From assembly GCF_009914755.1 (NCBI RefSeq), contig NC_060926.1: a stretch of 64,000 nt of DNA; one strand, 5' to 3'. Source of the DNA: the human T2T-CHM13v2.0 reference genome, Homo sapiens. The notes below the pieces were generated by a model. The model ran no database searches. It had not been told where the DNA came from and was given only the letters and a program-made list of their open reading frames with translations. Of the stretch, positions 50,742-63,878 are shown one piece after another (position 1 is the first letter of the stretch; each line of letters opens with the position of its first letter). The position numbers were made by a program, and so were the translations under genes.

Positions 50742-51690
50742 ATACAGTTAGTCATTGTTCTGTGTAGTTCTTTGAATAGTGTCCCCAAAAATTCATGCCT
50801 GGAACCTCTGAATGCAACCTCATTTGGAAATACGGTCTTTCCAAACGTTATTGAAGGATATTGAGATGGAATTCTCCTGAATTTAGGATGGTTCCTAAAT
50901 CCAATGACTGGTGGCCTTATAAGAAGAGGCATGACACAGAGAGACACAAACAGAGGAGGCAGACACCCAGGGAAGGGGGTCATGTGACAATGGAGGCAGA
51001 AATTGAAATGATGCATCTGTAAGCCAAGTCAAGGACTGTTGGAATCACCAGAAGCTGGGAAGAGGCATGGAACACATTCCCCCTCAGAGCCTCCAGAAAG
51101 AACCAAATGTCAAAAAGACTTTGGGCTTCTGGCCCCCTTGAATTGTCAGAGAGTAAATTTCTGCTATTTTAAGACACCCAGTTTGTTACACTTTGTTAGT
51201 GCACTCCTAGGAAGCTAATACACTGTGTAACAAACCACCTCAAAACTTCAGAGCTTAAAACAACTCCCCCTTGTGCACACTCTATCTCTTTCTCTCTCTC
51301 ATGCTCTCGCTCTAGCTCTTTCGCTCTCTCTCTCCTTCAGGACAGCTTTTGGGCTGATTAGGATGTTTTGCTGATCTGAGCCACTTTGCTGTTCTAACCT
51401 TGACCTGCTCAATGCAGCTGACTTAGGATGGCCTCAGCTAAGATGAAGTGGATTTTCTTTATGTTGTCTGTCACCCTCCAGTAAGACAGCCAAATCTTCT
51501 TCACATGGCAGGGGTCGCAGGGAGAGTGGAAAATTTGAATGTGTTTTCAAAGTTCAGTTTACATCACATGTTCTAATTCCAAAGCAAGTCAGATGGCCAA
51601 AACCTGAATCAGCGTGGGAGAGCACTACCAATGGGTGTGGATTCACGGAGGTGTAAAAATTGAGCCATTAGTGCAATCATTTTACAAAGA
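50742..51690 (-). mobile_element. MLT1H/J-like LTR split by MLT1C
   Basis: 'cagttagtcattgttctgtg' resumes as 'ctgtgtaacaaaccacctcaaaacttcagagcttaaaacaac...aagcaagtcagatggccaa'. Confidence 0.7.
50763..51222 (+). mobile_element. MLT1C MaLR solo LTR
   Basis: 'tgaatagtgtccccaaaaattcatg...caccagaagctgggaagaggcatggaac...ctaggaagctaataca'. Confidence 0.9.
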
Positions 51691-53248
51691 GTGAGTTACC
51701 ATTTATGTTGTTTAGTTACATTTTTTCCAACTGTCAAGACATAGTTGATATTTAGACCACTTGTACAGACTTCTAATATTTGTCAAATATTGACTTTAGT
51801 CTGTGGGGAGGAAGGAGCTAAGGTGGCTAGTCTACAATGTATACAGTCTCTTTAATGGAGGACACACCCTGAGGAAGGAAAGAAGTCAACGGACTTTATC
51901 CAATTGCCTTATCAATGTGATAGCCAGACTTCCAGATAAACAGACTAATAACATTTTTAGTAAGGAGTTCATATCTATCGAATATTCCTGGTTAAGCATT
52001 TTTTATAGTAAATAAAGAGGAAATGTATGTATTTATGAGGCATGATTCCCTGGAAAATGTCATGAAAACTGGGATATAAAATGAATGAGTTTCATAAACT
52101 AAATGTTCTCTATGGTGGGAGGTAATGACCTCAACTTAGAGACTGGGCCAGAGAGTCTGTGTCTGATGCAGGAAGGAAGGACAGGGAGAGATGTCCTCAA
52201 TGTCCCAAGCTTCCTCCTGCTCCTCTGACCCTCTCAATTGTTTATATCCTTAATTGCAAGATATCCTTGATTGCCTGTATTAATAAAGCTTGATATCCTG
52301 TGAGAGCTATGATTTCTGTATGACTTGGCAATCCAGTCCTGTGTAGCAGTGCTCTCTATTAGCTTAAATAATGCATTAGTCACATTATTTAAATGGTTGT
52401 GGAACATAATCTCCTACATATCAGTTCCAACTAGTACAAAATAAAACTAATTTCATTTCAATTAAAGATGAACTTCTATCCTGTTCCTTTGGTCATATTT
52501 CACATTTTGATAGAATAATAACTGCTTATAGAGGCTTTAATTTTCTAAATGTAAGAATATATATTCATATTTATTCTTTCCACAGATATTATTTAGTGTT
52601 TACACTGTATTAGCCATTGTTCATGAGCCTAAGTGCTGTATTTCTCAAACTGTAACCATTGGGTTTTCCCCCAAAAGTCTGTTGTAGGCTGATAATTTTG
52701 TAAAATACAGTGAATATATCCTTTGTTACTGCAACAACATCAATTGCCATTACAGTTTCTAAATACTAATGCTTAAGTTATATACTTTTGTTGCAGATCA
52801 GTGGTAGTTTATCTCAAGGTAAAGTTTTTGAGTAGCACTTTGAGTAGCACTGCAGATGGAGATATTCAACAGTAATACAAAAGCACTAAATTTTATTCCA
52901 GTAAAGAATTAAGTAAACTAATAATTAAAGTAAAATGCAACATATTATATCATAGAATATTATGAAACTCAAATATTATAAAATAAGTAGGTTTCCTTTG
53001 TCCTGACAGACAATTGTATATGCACAGAAAATCTGCAAGTCAAAGTCCAGAATTGGGAACAATGGTGTTCCCCAAGGATAGAGACTAATGCAGGGGCTGA
53101 GGGGGTGGGGAGGGCTGGAAGGCATGTTGGTAACAATTCTTTCCTCTTTTAACCTTAAATACCCTTAAATTTTTCTTTTAATAATAAACATTTATTACCT
53201 ATTAAGTAAATTAATTTTACAACTAGAATATAATAATATAATAGAGGC

Positions 53249-54518
53249 ATAAGGAGCTTCAAGAGTTCATGGGAAACAAAATTAAAAGCTAAAAATATAA
53301 TTTTTTCAATGTAAGCTCCATCAAGTGCAGGACACTTTTATAGATGATGATACCAGATATTTAGTCTGTCCCTAAAGAACTGAAGGTGTTGGGAATTTAA
53401 CCATATCAATGCTGTCTTTTTTACATCATTAACAGAAGGAAAATGAGTGCGCTTTACAGATTTTTTAAGATTAGGAAACAAAAAGAAAAAGAAGTCAGAA
53501 GGAGCCAAATCAGATGGTAAGGTGAATGCTTAATTATTTCCCATCAAAATTCTTGCAGAATTTTCCTTGTTTGATGAAAGAATGAGCGGGAGCGTTGTCC
53601 TGGTGGAGCAGAACTCTCTGGTGAAGCTTTCCTGGGTGTTTTTCTGATAAAGCTTTGGCTAACATCTCAAAATCCTCTCATAATAAGCAGAAGTTTATTG
53701 TTCTTTGGTCCCCCAGAAAGCCAACAAGCAAAGTGCCTTGAGCATCCCTAAAAGCTGACCTTTACTTTGACCGGTCTGCTTTTGCTTTGACTGGACCACT
53801 TCTACCTCTTGCTTTGAGTGTGCTTTGCTCTCAGGATTGTACTGGTAAAGCCACGTTCCATCTCCTGTTACAATTCTTCAAAGAAATGATTCAAGATCTT
53901 GATCATTCTTGTTTAAAATTTCCATTGGAAGCTCTGCTCTCGTCTGCAGCTAATCTGAGAGCAATGGTTTTGGAACCCATTGAATGGAAAATAAGCTAAA
54001 CTTTAATTTTTCAATCAGAATTGTGTAGGCTGAGCCAATTGAGATGTCTATGGTATGGGCTGTTGTTTCTGCTGTTAATCTTCAGTCCTCTTCAGCTGAG
54101 CAAGGAATAACCTGAGCTTTTACCTCACAAATTGATTGGGTGGTCTGCTATTGCAGGCTTCATCGTCAACATTGTCTTATCCCTTCTTGAAACAAATAAT
54201 CCATCTGCAAACTGATGATTTTTGGGGGGCATTGTCCCTATAAACTTTTCATAAAGCATCGATGATTTAACCATTCTTCCATTGAAGCTTCATCAGTTTG
54301 ATGTCTGTTCTTGTTTCTCTTTTAGCAGAATACACGTTGCCCTGATAGGGGCCCTTTTCAAACTGATACATCATTCTGCTTGGTGCTTCAAAGTAGATCC
54401 TGTTCAAACATGTAATAGCAAGGTAGTATGAATTTATTTTGGTGTAAAAAATTTTGAAATCCAGGCATAGTTTTTTCATAATAAACATTTTCCAAGGCCT
54501 TTTTGAAAAGCCCTTCTA
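53249..54518 (-). mobile_element. Near full-length decayed HSMAR2 mariner transposon (transposase pseudogene)
   Basis: Degenerate TIRs 'ggagcttcaagagttcatgggaaa' / 'cattttccaaggcctttttgaaaagccc'; minus-strand motifs QWVPKPL, IVTGDGTWLYQY, LHQDNAPAH and DLAPSDF, with frameshifts. Confidence 0.92.
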
Positions 54519-55273
54519 TAAAGGTCCAGATATCATTTAGTAAAAAATATGTATGTTTTTCAACCCCTCTTAAAATATGAAAACATTTAATGATAACCAT
54601 GTTAGTCTGAATGCATTTCATGTCCCCTCTGCTTATATGTTTTATATCTAACCTGCTATCCTTATAGCACACATTATACCACACACAGACACACAGACAC
54701 ACACACACTTTACATGTGTATTATATATGATATATGATATTTATTCCAGTTTTTGCCATTGATTTTATTTTTTCTGTTTAAAAGAAGGGGTTCATATTAG
54801 ATGTTTTAAGCGTTTGTCAAGTAAAATTTTTTCTTAATTATTTTGGGGAGAACACATTCATCCAAATATACCATCAAAGCACTCAGATATGGTGAGATTT
54901 GGGCATGGCTGTTTCTCTTGTTTTAATCAGATAGCCTATTCATGTGTATACTGCATGAGAAGGCCACCTTCTACATATAGAGATGTAAGTTTCACAGAAG
55001 GAAATTTCAATGCTTATTATTACACTTTTCCTGTTATGAAGACTTTCATATACATGAGCAGATTTTTTTCTGAATGTTATAGCCTGAGAAACCAAATAAC
55101 ATTAATAAAAAAGAAATCATAAAAAACTTTCAGTGTCATACATTTGGGTGATGTTATCATGAAGATTCATAAGAATGAACTTGGCCCCTCATATATTGAT
55201 GCCATTTCTGGACACTTTAAAAATGGATAATAATCATAAGCGTGTTAAAACTCCCAATCACTATTACTCTTGG

Positions 55274-55661
55274 CATATTAGTCCATTTCTCACACTGTTA
55301 TAAAGAACTGCCCGAGACAGGGTAATTTGTAAAGGAAAGAGGTTTAATTGACTCACAGTTCTGCATGTCTGGTAAGGTTTCAGGAAACTTACAATCACGG
55401 CAGAAGATGAGGGGAAAGCAAGGTACCTTCTTCACAAGGCGGCAGGAAGGAGGATGAATGCAGGAGGAACTACCAAAGACTTATAAATCCATCAGATCTT
55501 GTGATAATTCATTCACTACCACAAAAACAGCATGGGGGTAACCACTTCCATGATTCAATTACTTCCACCTGGTCTCTCCCTTGACACATGGGGATTATAG
55601 GGATTATGGAGATTACAATTCAAGATGAGATTCTGGGTGGAGACACAATCAAACCATATCA
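55274..55661 (-). mobile_element. THE1C/D MaLR solo LTR
   Basis: 'tattagtccatttctcacactgttataaagaactgcccgagac...caattcaagatgagatt...aaaccatatca'. Confidence 0.92.
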
Positions 55662-56473
55662 ATAGGGTTGTACTTCTTGATCTAGCATCAATTTTTTCAA
55701 CTTTTTGAACATGTTTATGGCATCAGTGAGCATAGCACCACCATTATCCATACCATGAATTACTCTACTAAAATGCACAGAGACCAGTTACTTCTAGAAC
55801 AGTGATTTGACTATAATAGCTTTTTGTCAAACATTTTAAGTTTTATCTGATTTGATGACTATTTACTTACTTAACATTACTTAATATTTAATGGCTTTGG
55901 AGTTAGGTGACCTGGATTCACATTTGGCTCTATCATTTACTAGCACATAACTCTCACAGTTTTATTCAGAATACAGATGATTCCAGAAAGGTATCTGATG
56001 ATGGGTTTTCTCAAGAATTTCTGAACAGTATTGACAGCACTGATGTCCACGGTACATTAAAACTTGCCATTTCTCTTTCCCAGAGAGTGGATATTTGATA
56101 TGTTAAGAAGAGAGGAACATTGCTGATAGGTAAACAGCATAATTTATCTAACAGTGAGCCAGAAATTTGAATACTTGGATATGTAAAGCGAGTCTCATCC
56201 AGCTGAACATGGGTGGTTGCCTGCCTCAGCAGTTTTCTCATCACAGCCATCACCTCCAGAGCAATACTGGATTATAAGGCAGTCCACTAAAATAAAATGA
56301 ATTTGTCATTCCAAATAGTCTTCATGAGAGTATGACTAAAATTGATATAGACATTTAAATTTTCTCTAATATGCTCCTGGAAAACCAACTGATCTTGCCA
56401 TCTTCAAGTTAGTACACAACATCTCACCTCTTTTTCTAGTCACAGTTCAACCCTACAAAACTGATATGGAAAC

Positions 56474-56841
56474 TGATATGGTTAGGCTGTGTCCTCACCC
56501 AAATCTCATCTTGAATTGTAGTTCCCATAATTCCCAAGTGTTGTTAGAGGGACCCAGTGGGAGATAATTGAATCATGGGAGCAGTTTCCCCCATACTGTT
56601 CTCATGATAGGGAATAAGTCTCACAAGATCTGATGATTTTAAAACAGGAAACCCCTTCAGCTAGATTCTCATTCTCTTCTCTAATCTGCCACTATGCAAG
56701 ACCTGCCTTTCACCTTCTGCCATGACTGTGAGGCCTCTTCAGCCATGTGGAACTGTTAGTCCATTAAACTTCGAAATTTCTTTCGTAAATTGCTAAGTCT
56801 CAGGTATGTCTTTATCAGCAGTGTGAGAACAGGCTAATACA
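56474..56841 (+). mobile_element. THE1A/B MaLR solo LTR
   Basis: 'tgatatggttaggctgtgtcctcacccaaatctcatcttgaattgtag...ggctaataca'; TSD gaaac/gaaac. Confidence 0.92.
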
Positions 56842-57209
56842 GAAACTAAATAGAAACTAAAAGTGAGTTTCCGGGAACCTCATTAAGGCTGGTCATCCAC
56901 AGCTACTAGATTGTATTGGATATCATGTTGCTAGTCAACTATAAGGATGATAGGCTTATGTTATAGAGATTGGAGCTTTAATATCTGTATTCAATCAATC
57001 ACTTATTTAGTTACTCCTTAACATAATCAATTAACATTTACTGAATGATTATCATGGCCCAGGTCCTATATCATGTGACAGTAAAAATAAAATAAAAAAA
57101 GTTTGTTTTTTCTCCCACATTATTTCTGCTGCAGGTATAGACTGAAAAATTTGCACAGAGAAATGCCATATATAAAATAATAGGGATGAGAAATATAAAC
57201 ATGTGTTCT

Positions 57210-57620
57210 ACCTTCTGTTTATTACATAGTAATACATGAATAGATGCATATACCACCATAAAATACAAAAACTAGGGCAGGATATATAGCAAAAAGTGAA
57301 ACCCCCTTCAATTACAGCCTTAGCCAGTGTTCCACCAAAAATTTATGTGCATTCTTCAAAATTTTTGCTATATTTATACACACCCTTGCTTTCCCATATG
57401 TATGATATAAAATATATGTTTGTGTATGTATATGCATACACATATGTATAGTTTTAAGAATTTGTGGGTTTGTTTCAAACATAATTCAGCTTGTGCAATA
57501 ATATGATGCTGTAATTTGTTTTCTCCATATATATGTTTTGGGGATCTTCCCATGTCAATGTATTTAGCTCTACTTTCTTCTTTTAGCTGAGTCATGGAAG
57601 ACTAGTATAGAGAGTTATTC
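57210..57620 (-). mobile_element. Old L1ME-like 3' fragment
   Basis: 'ttttggggatcttcccatgtcaatgtatttagctctactttcttcttttagctg'. Confidence 0.55.
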
Positions 57621-58139
57621 TTTATTAACATTAACTCATAAGATAATAATAATTTATAAATCACCAATTAAAAAAAATAGGGCAAGAAAGTTGAAGAAAA
57701 ATTTTCCCGTTTCCAAAAGTAGTATGAGAAACTGGATAGGAATTTGTCATTTTTGCCTTATTTTTATTTTTTAAATTTCATTTTATATCTCATCGGTCAG
57801 AGTTGGAAAAAGATATAATACATAGGCCGAGTTCCTTAGAACAGAAAACCATGCCACTGTATTGCAAGTTCTGGAGAAGCTAGTCACATCATAATCTTAG
57901 TATCACCCCTGGGGTTTTTCTGCACGCTATGCATAGCTACATATTGTAGCCTTGATGGGAAAGAAGACAACCTGAGGAAGAGAATTCTAGGCACAAGGAA
58001 TAGCAAATATGAAGCACATGAGTTGGACAATGATAAGTTTAAGGCTAGAGATGAATATCATGAGGGAAAAAAAATGGGTTGAAGAAGACAAAGAAGAGCC
58101 AATCATGCAGAAGCTTGTAGACCATCAGTAAGGGATAAA

Positions 58140-58265
58140 TGAAAGTGAGAAGAGAGAAGAAAGACAAGAAGGAGAAAGAGGGGAGGGGAGGAGGAGAAAG
58201 AGAAAGAGATATAGAAAAGGAGAAGAAAATTAAACAGATGATAACAATATAGAGAAGGAAGAGTA
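58140..58265. repeat. GA-rich low-complexity tract
   Basis: Purine-rich run 'agagagaagaaagacaagaaggagaaagaggggaggggaggagg'. Confidence 0.8.
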
Positions 58266-60301
58266 GTAATGCTGTTTAAATGATAAAATTAAAGACCACA
58301 GTGATTTAGAAGAAATTACCAAGAGGCAGAAAACAAAAATGGTAGAACTTATCAGTTCCTCGTAGAAGGGAATACCTGAAAAATGTTGGAGGCATAATGG
58401 GTATAGTTTCAGGTATATAAAAAACTATAATCTGGATAGAGCAACTGATGAAGAACTACAAGTGTTTGTTTTACTTTACTGACATTTTAAAACCAACTTC
58501 ATCCAGTAATCTTTGTGCAGACAAGTCTGAGCAGACAGTCTTATAGAATCTGTAAAGAAGATCCCAATCTCCTGTATTATGCTTTATCTATGCTGAGTAA
58601 CCCTAGGAGACAGATTTTTCCTCTCATATTTTTGTGTTGATTTAATTTCAAATATGTCTAAAAGGAAAAAAAATGAATCAGTTACACAGCTTGACAGGCA
58701 TAAACAGGTTTTGCTCTGCTACCCACATTATCTGTAAGATTGTCATTCTTTTTGTCTCTCCACTTGGCATTCACAAGGTACAGTAACAATTATTTAGTTG
58801 TGGAGAAATTCCTGTGTTATTTTGAAATGAGTTATAATCAGTTACAAAATTTGACATGCATGTAATTTAATGTCCAAAGACATTAGAGCTCTTGGATGTT
58901 TACTATTTGTAGTGATGAGAGGGACAAGAAGAGAATTTAATTTAGTTCTCACTCATCTGAAAGGTGTCAAGCTTTGTTCTTACAATTTTTTTTTCTTCTC
59001 TCTTACACTTCTCTGTGGATAAATATTAAGAAAAAATAACTTTGCCTGAATTCTGACCTGTTATTTCATTGTGTGTCTCATGTTTGACTTGGTGGAGAGA
59101 ATGCTAGATTAAGGCAGTGCCTACAACAGCATGCTGAAGAGTGCAATATATGAAAGCCAGTCTTGACAAGGGTGCCTGGGCTTAACAATGGCTGTGCTGG
59201 TTAAAGAAGAGCACCACATCCAGATCAAGTACCTAGTATGTGAAGAATCACAATGTATATAGAGAAGATTGCCTGAGCCCGTGTATGCCACTTGTACACC
59301 AGAATGGCCAGCGTTATCTCAGTGCTGTGAACATATTTGGTGCTCTTCAAAGGTTATTACCAGCAACCCAGGCTCTGCTTCCTGGAGGAACACTTCAGCG
59401 TTAAGGATGGAAAGCACCTTGGTGTTATATTCTATTATTGCTCAGCCACACCAGAGAGCAAAGCTCCAAATTCTATAGAATCTCATATTTGTATCAACAT
59501 CTGTTTCTTTTTTATTTATTCTATTTAATAGTTTATTCAACAAATATTTATTATGCGCACAGGTTGTATCAGACACTATGAGATTTCATGAAGACAAATG
59601 CAATCCTCTACAATTCCCTCTGAGCAGTGTGAGGACCCATAAGATCAGGCTGTTCCTGAGGTTTCCCCCAGTGATCTCAAGTCTTTAATAGCATTGCAAT
59701 CCTAAGTGTCCCATCAGAAGGTTAGGTGCAACTTTTTCTTCTCATCATATCAGGAAATAAAGTGTACAAAAGCTCATGAGACCAAAGCCTGAATACCTGA
59801 AGTCAGATGGTGTGACTCTCTCTAGTTTGTGAATAAGAGAACTTTGTGGTTACAAACAACAAATAGGTAGAAGAGCTTAAACGTGTTCTTGGAAGAATGC
59901 TTCCCTTCTCGGAGTAACTAATTTGTTAACCATTTGATATGAATTTTGTGGTTTGAAATGTTGGTCTTTTTATAAGGATTGATCTCTATGATGATGCCTT
60001 CAGAAACTAATGAGTGAGCTGGCCATTTACTTTTAAATGTTAAATATCTAGTACCTGCTGCTGGAAGTGAGCTGTGTGGAGGCTGAACTCTGTAGGCGAT
60101 ATTGCTTATATCATGTGCCAGAGTCAGAATTTCATCTGATATTCAGGTCTGAACTTTCTTGTGAAAATATCAATATACTTATATCTATGTCTACATAATT
60201 ATCAATCTTAGTAAATGTACATGTCTTCATAATGGAATAAATTATATAACTTAGGACTTCATAAAAAAATAAAAGTATTCATTGAAAATTATATATGTGT
60301 A

Positions 60302-60980
60302 TAAAACCATCTTTGCAAAAATCATAACAATGAAAAAATTATGACAGTGAAAGAGACTGACCTAACCAATCCTCATCTTGCCTTTAACCTCCAAACTTCC
60401 ATTGGTTATTCCTGGGGTTGGCCCAAGCTAACTTTGGGAGAAATGTAGTTTAAATGATAATAGCCCTTTCCCCAAACTAACACCTTTTGTAAAACTAATG
60501 AAAGATGACCAGGTTAGGAGGATGAGAGGGGCCTGAATTCTGCTAAGATGTAGGTGTAAATGAACACCAGGCATTATTGCAGAGATCAAAAGATTTGCAA
60601 CTTCCCCAATTACTCCTGCAGATAATATCACTATTGTAGAACGTGAGATTGACCTTTTGAGATGTCCTTTCAGGCCTCCACTTTTCTGTTGACTGGATGA
60701 CCCAACCAAAAGCAGACTCAACACATGAGGACTATTTTCCACACCCTTACGATTGCATCCCCAACCGATCAGCAGCACCCAGTCCCCTAGCTCTCTGCCC
60801 ACCAAACTATCCTTGAAAAACCCTAGCCTCTGAATTTTTGAGGAGGCTGATGTGAGTAATAATTAAAACTCCCATCTTCCCTTTGGCCTGCTCTATGTGC
60901 ACTCTTTCTCTATTGCAATTCACCTGTCTATATTGACTGTATCTGGGCAGCAAACAAAATGAACCCACTGGGCAGCTACA
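60302..60980 (+). mobile_element. LTR8-family (LTR8A/B, ERV1) full solo LTR
   Basis: 'aaaccatctttgcaaaaatcataac...gcccaagctaactttgggag...gaacccactgggcagctaca'; perfect 4-bp TSD tgta (60298-60301, 60981-60984). Confidence 0.88.
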
Positions 60981-61041
60981 TGTATACACACATACAAACA
61001 TATTTGCAAGCATGTGCACATGTACATATGCAAGCACATGT

Positions 61042-61045
<4 letters not shown>

Positions 61046-61084
<39 letters not shown>
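61046..61084. repeat. (CA)n microsatellite
   Basis: About 19 perfect units. Confidence 0.97.
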
Positions 61085-61086
<2 letters not shown>

Positions 61087-61683
61087 TTTAGGTTTCCACC
61101 TACACCAGGGCTTTTTGTGATGGGTCAGTGACTCTTTCTATGGCTTTTTACTTCAGCTTCTAGACTCCTTCTCATCCCCATTTCCTCACACATTTGTCCA
61201 AGGTCTAACCCTTCTAATGAGTCAATTATTCCCATAATGCCCATAATGGCCAGACTTTCACGATTGAATCCTGACTGATAAGTATATGAGGTGAATAGAA
61301 TGATGATGACCTTTACTTTTAAAATTGATCACTGGCTGCTCTCTAGAAGGTGTATAAAAAGGGATACAACTGGAATCTAGAGGATCACTTAGGGGCTATC
61401 ACAAGGACATGGAAGGAAGTGGCTGAGCAAGAATTTTGGAGAAAGAAGTAACAGGGGTTGATGAAATTGTTAAAATACTTTATGAGATTCCTCATATAAT
61501 TATATTTCTGGATCTCTTTTCAAATGGAAAGTTCTGACAATATTGGCCAATCATGATCTGAGTGGTAGTTTCCTCTAATTGGATCAGGTGGCCTCTGGTT
61601 TTTCAAAGTCCCCATTTCTCCCTATTGTTTTACACATTTCTCATTTTATAACTTGACAGTATATGCCTGATTTCTCTTTGTGA

Positions 61684-62043
61684 GCCAGTTTGGTTTGAAT
61701 GTGGCCCCAAAGTTCATTTGCTGAAAACTTAATCTCTAGTCAGCAGTGTTGAGAGGTGAAGCCTAGTGGGTGATGGTTAGTCATGAGGGTCCATGCTTAT
61801 GAACAAATTCATGCTGATTATAAAGAGATCTGAAGCTACGAGTTCCATCTTTTTTTCACTCACCCTCTCTTACCCTTTTAACTTCCATCACTGTATGAGG
61901 TAGCAAGAAGGCCCTCACGAGACACTGGCACTTTGATACCGGACTTCCCAAACTCCAGAGAACTGCGGGAAATACATTTCTTTTTGTTGTAAAATATCCA
62001 GTCTGTGGTATTCTGTTATGGTAACACAAAACAGAGTAAAATA
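61684..62043 (+). mobile_element. MSTC/D-type MaLR LTR
   Basis: 'tggtttgaatgtggccccaaagttcat...agcaagaaggccctcac...ccagtctgtggtattctgttatggtaacacaaaacag'. Confidence 0.85.
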
Positions 62044-62689
62044 TGAGCCTTTATGAGTACTTAATAAACAATAGCCCTTTTCTGTGTTATTATTGTGAAG
62101 AATTTGCATGGAGGAATAGAAAAGATATTGGGCTTCCAGAGAGAATTACTGAGCACAATTAAAGAGCCACCAATTAGCCCAGGCACACTGGACATTTCTG
62201 AATCTCCAAATATGTAACAATGAGGATAAAAACATTTGTTGTACCTCCCCCACAGAGCTGTTGTGAGAATCAGGTGAGGAGGGCAATAGCCTCTCTTCTC
62301 TGGCTCTAATGTTGTGCAGAGCTCACATATAACTTTATTCTGCCACCTATTTTAACATCTTGTGTAGTTTATGTGTTTTTTTCTCTATGAAGTAATTTAT
62401 TCCTTGAGGATTGGTAATGTGCCTCATTCATTTTTGCATCTCCTACAGCTTGAGCAAAGAGATTTGCACATAGTGGCGCTAAGTAAAAAATTGAATTTGT
62501 TAAGTGATATATATATGAGATATTTTATAAATTGTGAATGGATCCTGACATAAAAATGTAGCACACTTCTGAATCACTGTGTCCCGATTCTCTGGCTATT
62601 GCTCTAAACTAGGATCACCTGAGCAACACCTTCAATCTGAATCTACAAGCAGGTCCCATTTATAGTAGTTGATCTTGTCAGCAAGTTTC

Positions 62690-63310
62690 AATAAATCCAG
62701 TGCAGTGTAACTTAAACTCTAAAGTTCTGAGAAGCTCACGGGTAGGAAATAGAACAGGTGTGGCTTGATTAGATGCATGGCTTAATTAGAGAGCTGCTTT
62801 GTTCCTGTCTGATTCTTCTGGTTTGGCTCTGCTCTCTGTTGTTTCTTTGTTCTTAAACTGGATTGCCTGGTCATGAAATTATGTTCATAAAATGCTATAA
62901 AGAGGTTTTAGACTTCACAACTGCTCACCACACTGTATATGAGAGAGAACATTGGTGTCCACAATTCCCAGAAAATGTCCTGAAATCTGTGCTGATTGGA
63001 GACATGGTGTTTGGCTAAGGCCTAACTTGCCCAAACATGTGGCAAGCTGAGCTGCGCTACCCTACGTGACACTCATCAGGGGAGTTGTGGGCTTTTTTGA
63101 TGGGACATTTCTCTATTGTGCATAATCGTTTGCATTTCTGCTTGCTGCCACTCAGTGTCAACGGCACCCTCTAGTCACCGAGACAACTAAAAGTGCCCCT
63201 CTCTAATTGACTCAGAGGAAAGAGTGTCCCTACTATTTAAGACTAATCAGGATTCTTTCCTAAAACTTATGGAACCAAATGTTGCTACATATTGGAAAAA
63301 TAGTGCAACA
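62690..63310 (-). mobile_element. Old MLT1K/L-like LTR fragments
   Basis: 'ttggctctgctctctgttgtttctttgttcttaaactgg', 'ctgattggagacatgg'; weak. Confidence 0.4.
63077..63245. mobile_element. MER117-like hAT-Charlie MITE
   Basis: 'ttttgatgggacatttctctattgtgc...ctctagtcaccgagacaactaaaagtgccc'. Confidence 0.6.
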
Positions 63311-63449
63311 GCTGCTGAGAACTCAACAATAACATCCAACACAGCCAGGCAGTTTGAAACCTAAGGGAGATTGGTGGCCACTTCCATTGTTTAGAATCAC
63401 AACAGAGACCAGAAAATACTTATCTCCCTCCCATTTCTTTAAGAATAGA

Positions 63450-63617
63450 AATAACAATCATTTGTTGCCATTATTTTAGGTTCTTTGTGACGCCTTATCT
63501 CCTGTATCATTCACAACAACCCCCAAGTTTTCATATACCCTTACAAATGGGAAAGCTGGACTCAAAGTGTAGTGTCTTAGTAAATTACCCATTACCACAG
63601 CTGATAAGTGGCTACAC
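63450..63617 (-). mobile_element. MIR fragment
   Basis: 'tcattcacaacaacccc...cccttacaaatgggaaagctggactca...cacagctgataagtggc'. Confidence 0.7.
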
Positions 63618-63878
63618 CAGGAGCTGGCAAACATTTTCTTTAAAGAGTCAGGTAGTAAACATTTTAGACTCTGTGGATGATACAGTTTCTGTAACAACTA
63701 CTGCGTCACTCTAGTGCATGAGCAGCCATATACAATATGTAAACAATAGACATGCTGTGTTCCAATAAAACGTTATATATAGCAACTATGATTTACATTT
63801 CATATAATTTTCAATGCCATTAAATATTCTTCTTTTGATTATTTTCAGACACGCAAAAAAAAATTTCTTAGCTACAGG
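63618..63878. mobile_element. MER58B-like hAT-Charlie element
   Basis: 'caggagctggcaaacattttctttaaagagtcaggtagtaaacattttagactctgtgg...ctgtgttccaataaaac'. Confidence 0.85.

Noticed and set aside
50130-52851. Short 12-16-bp tandem duplications (aaattgagattgtata x2 near 50130; ttgagtagcact x2 near 52830)
   Set aside because: These are ordinary slippage products with no further structure.
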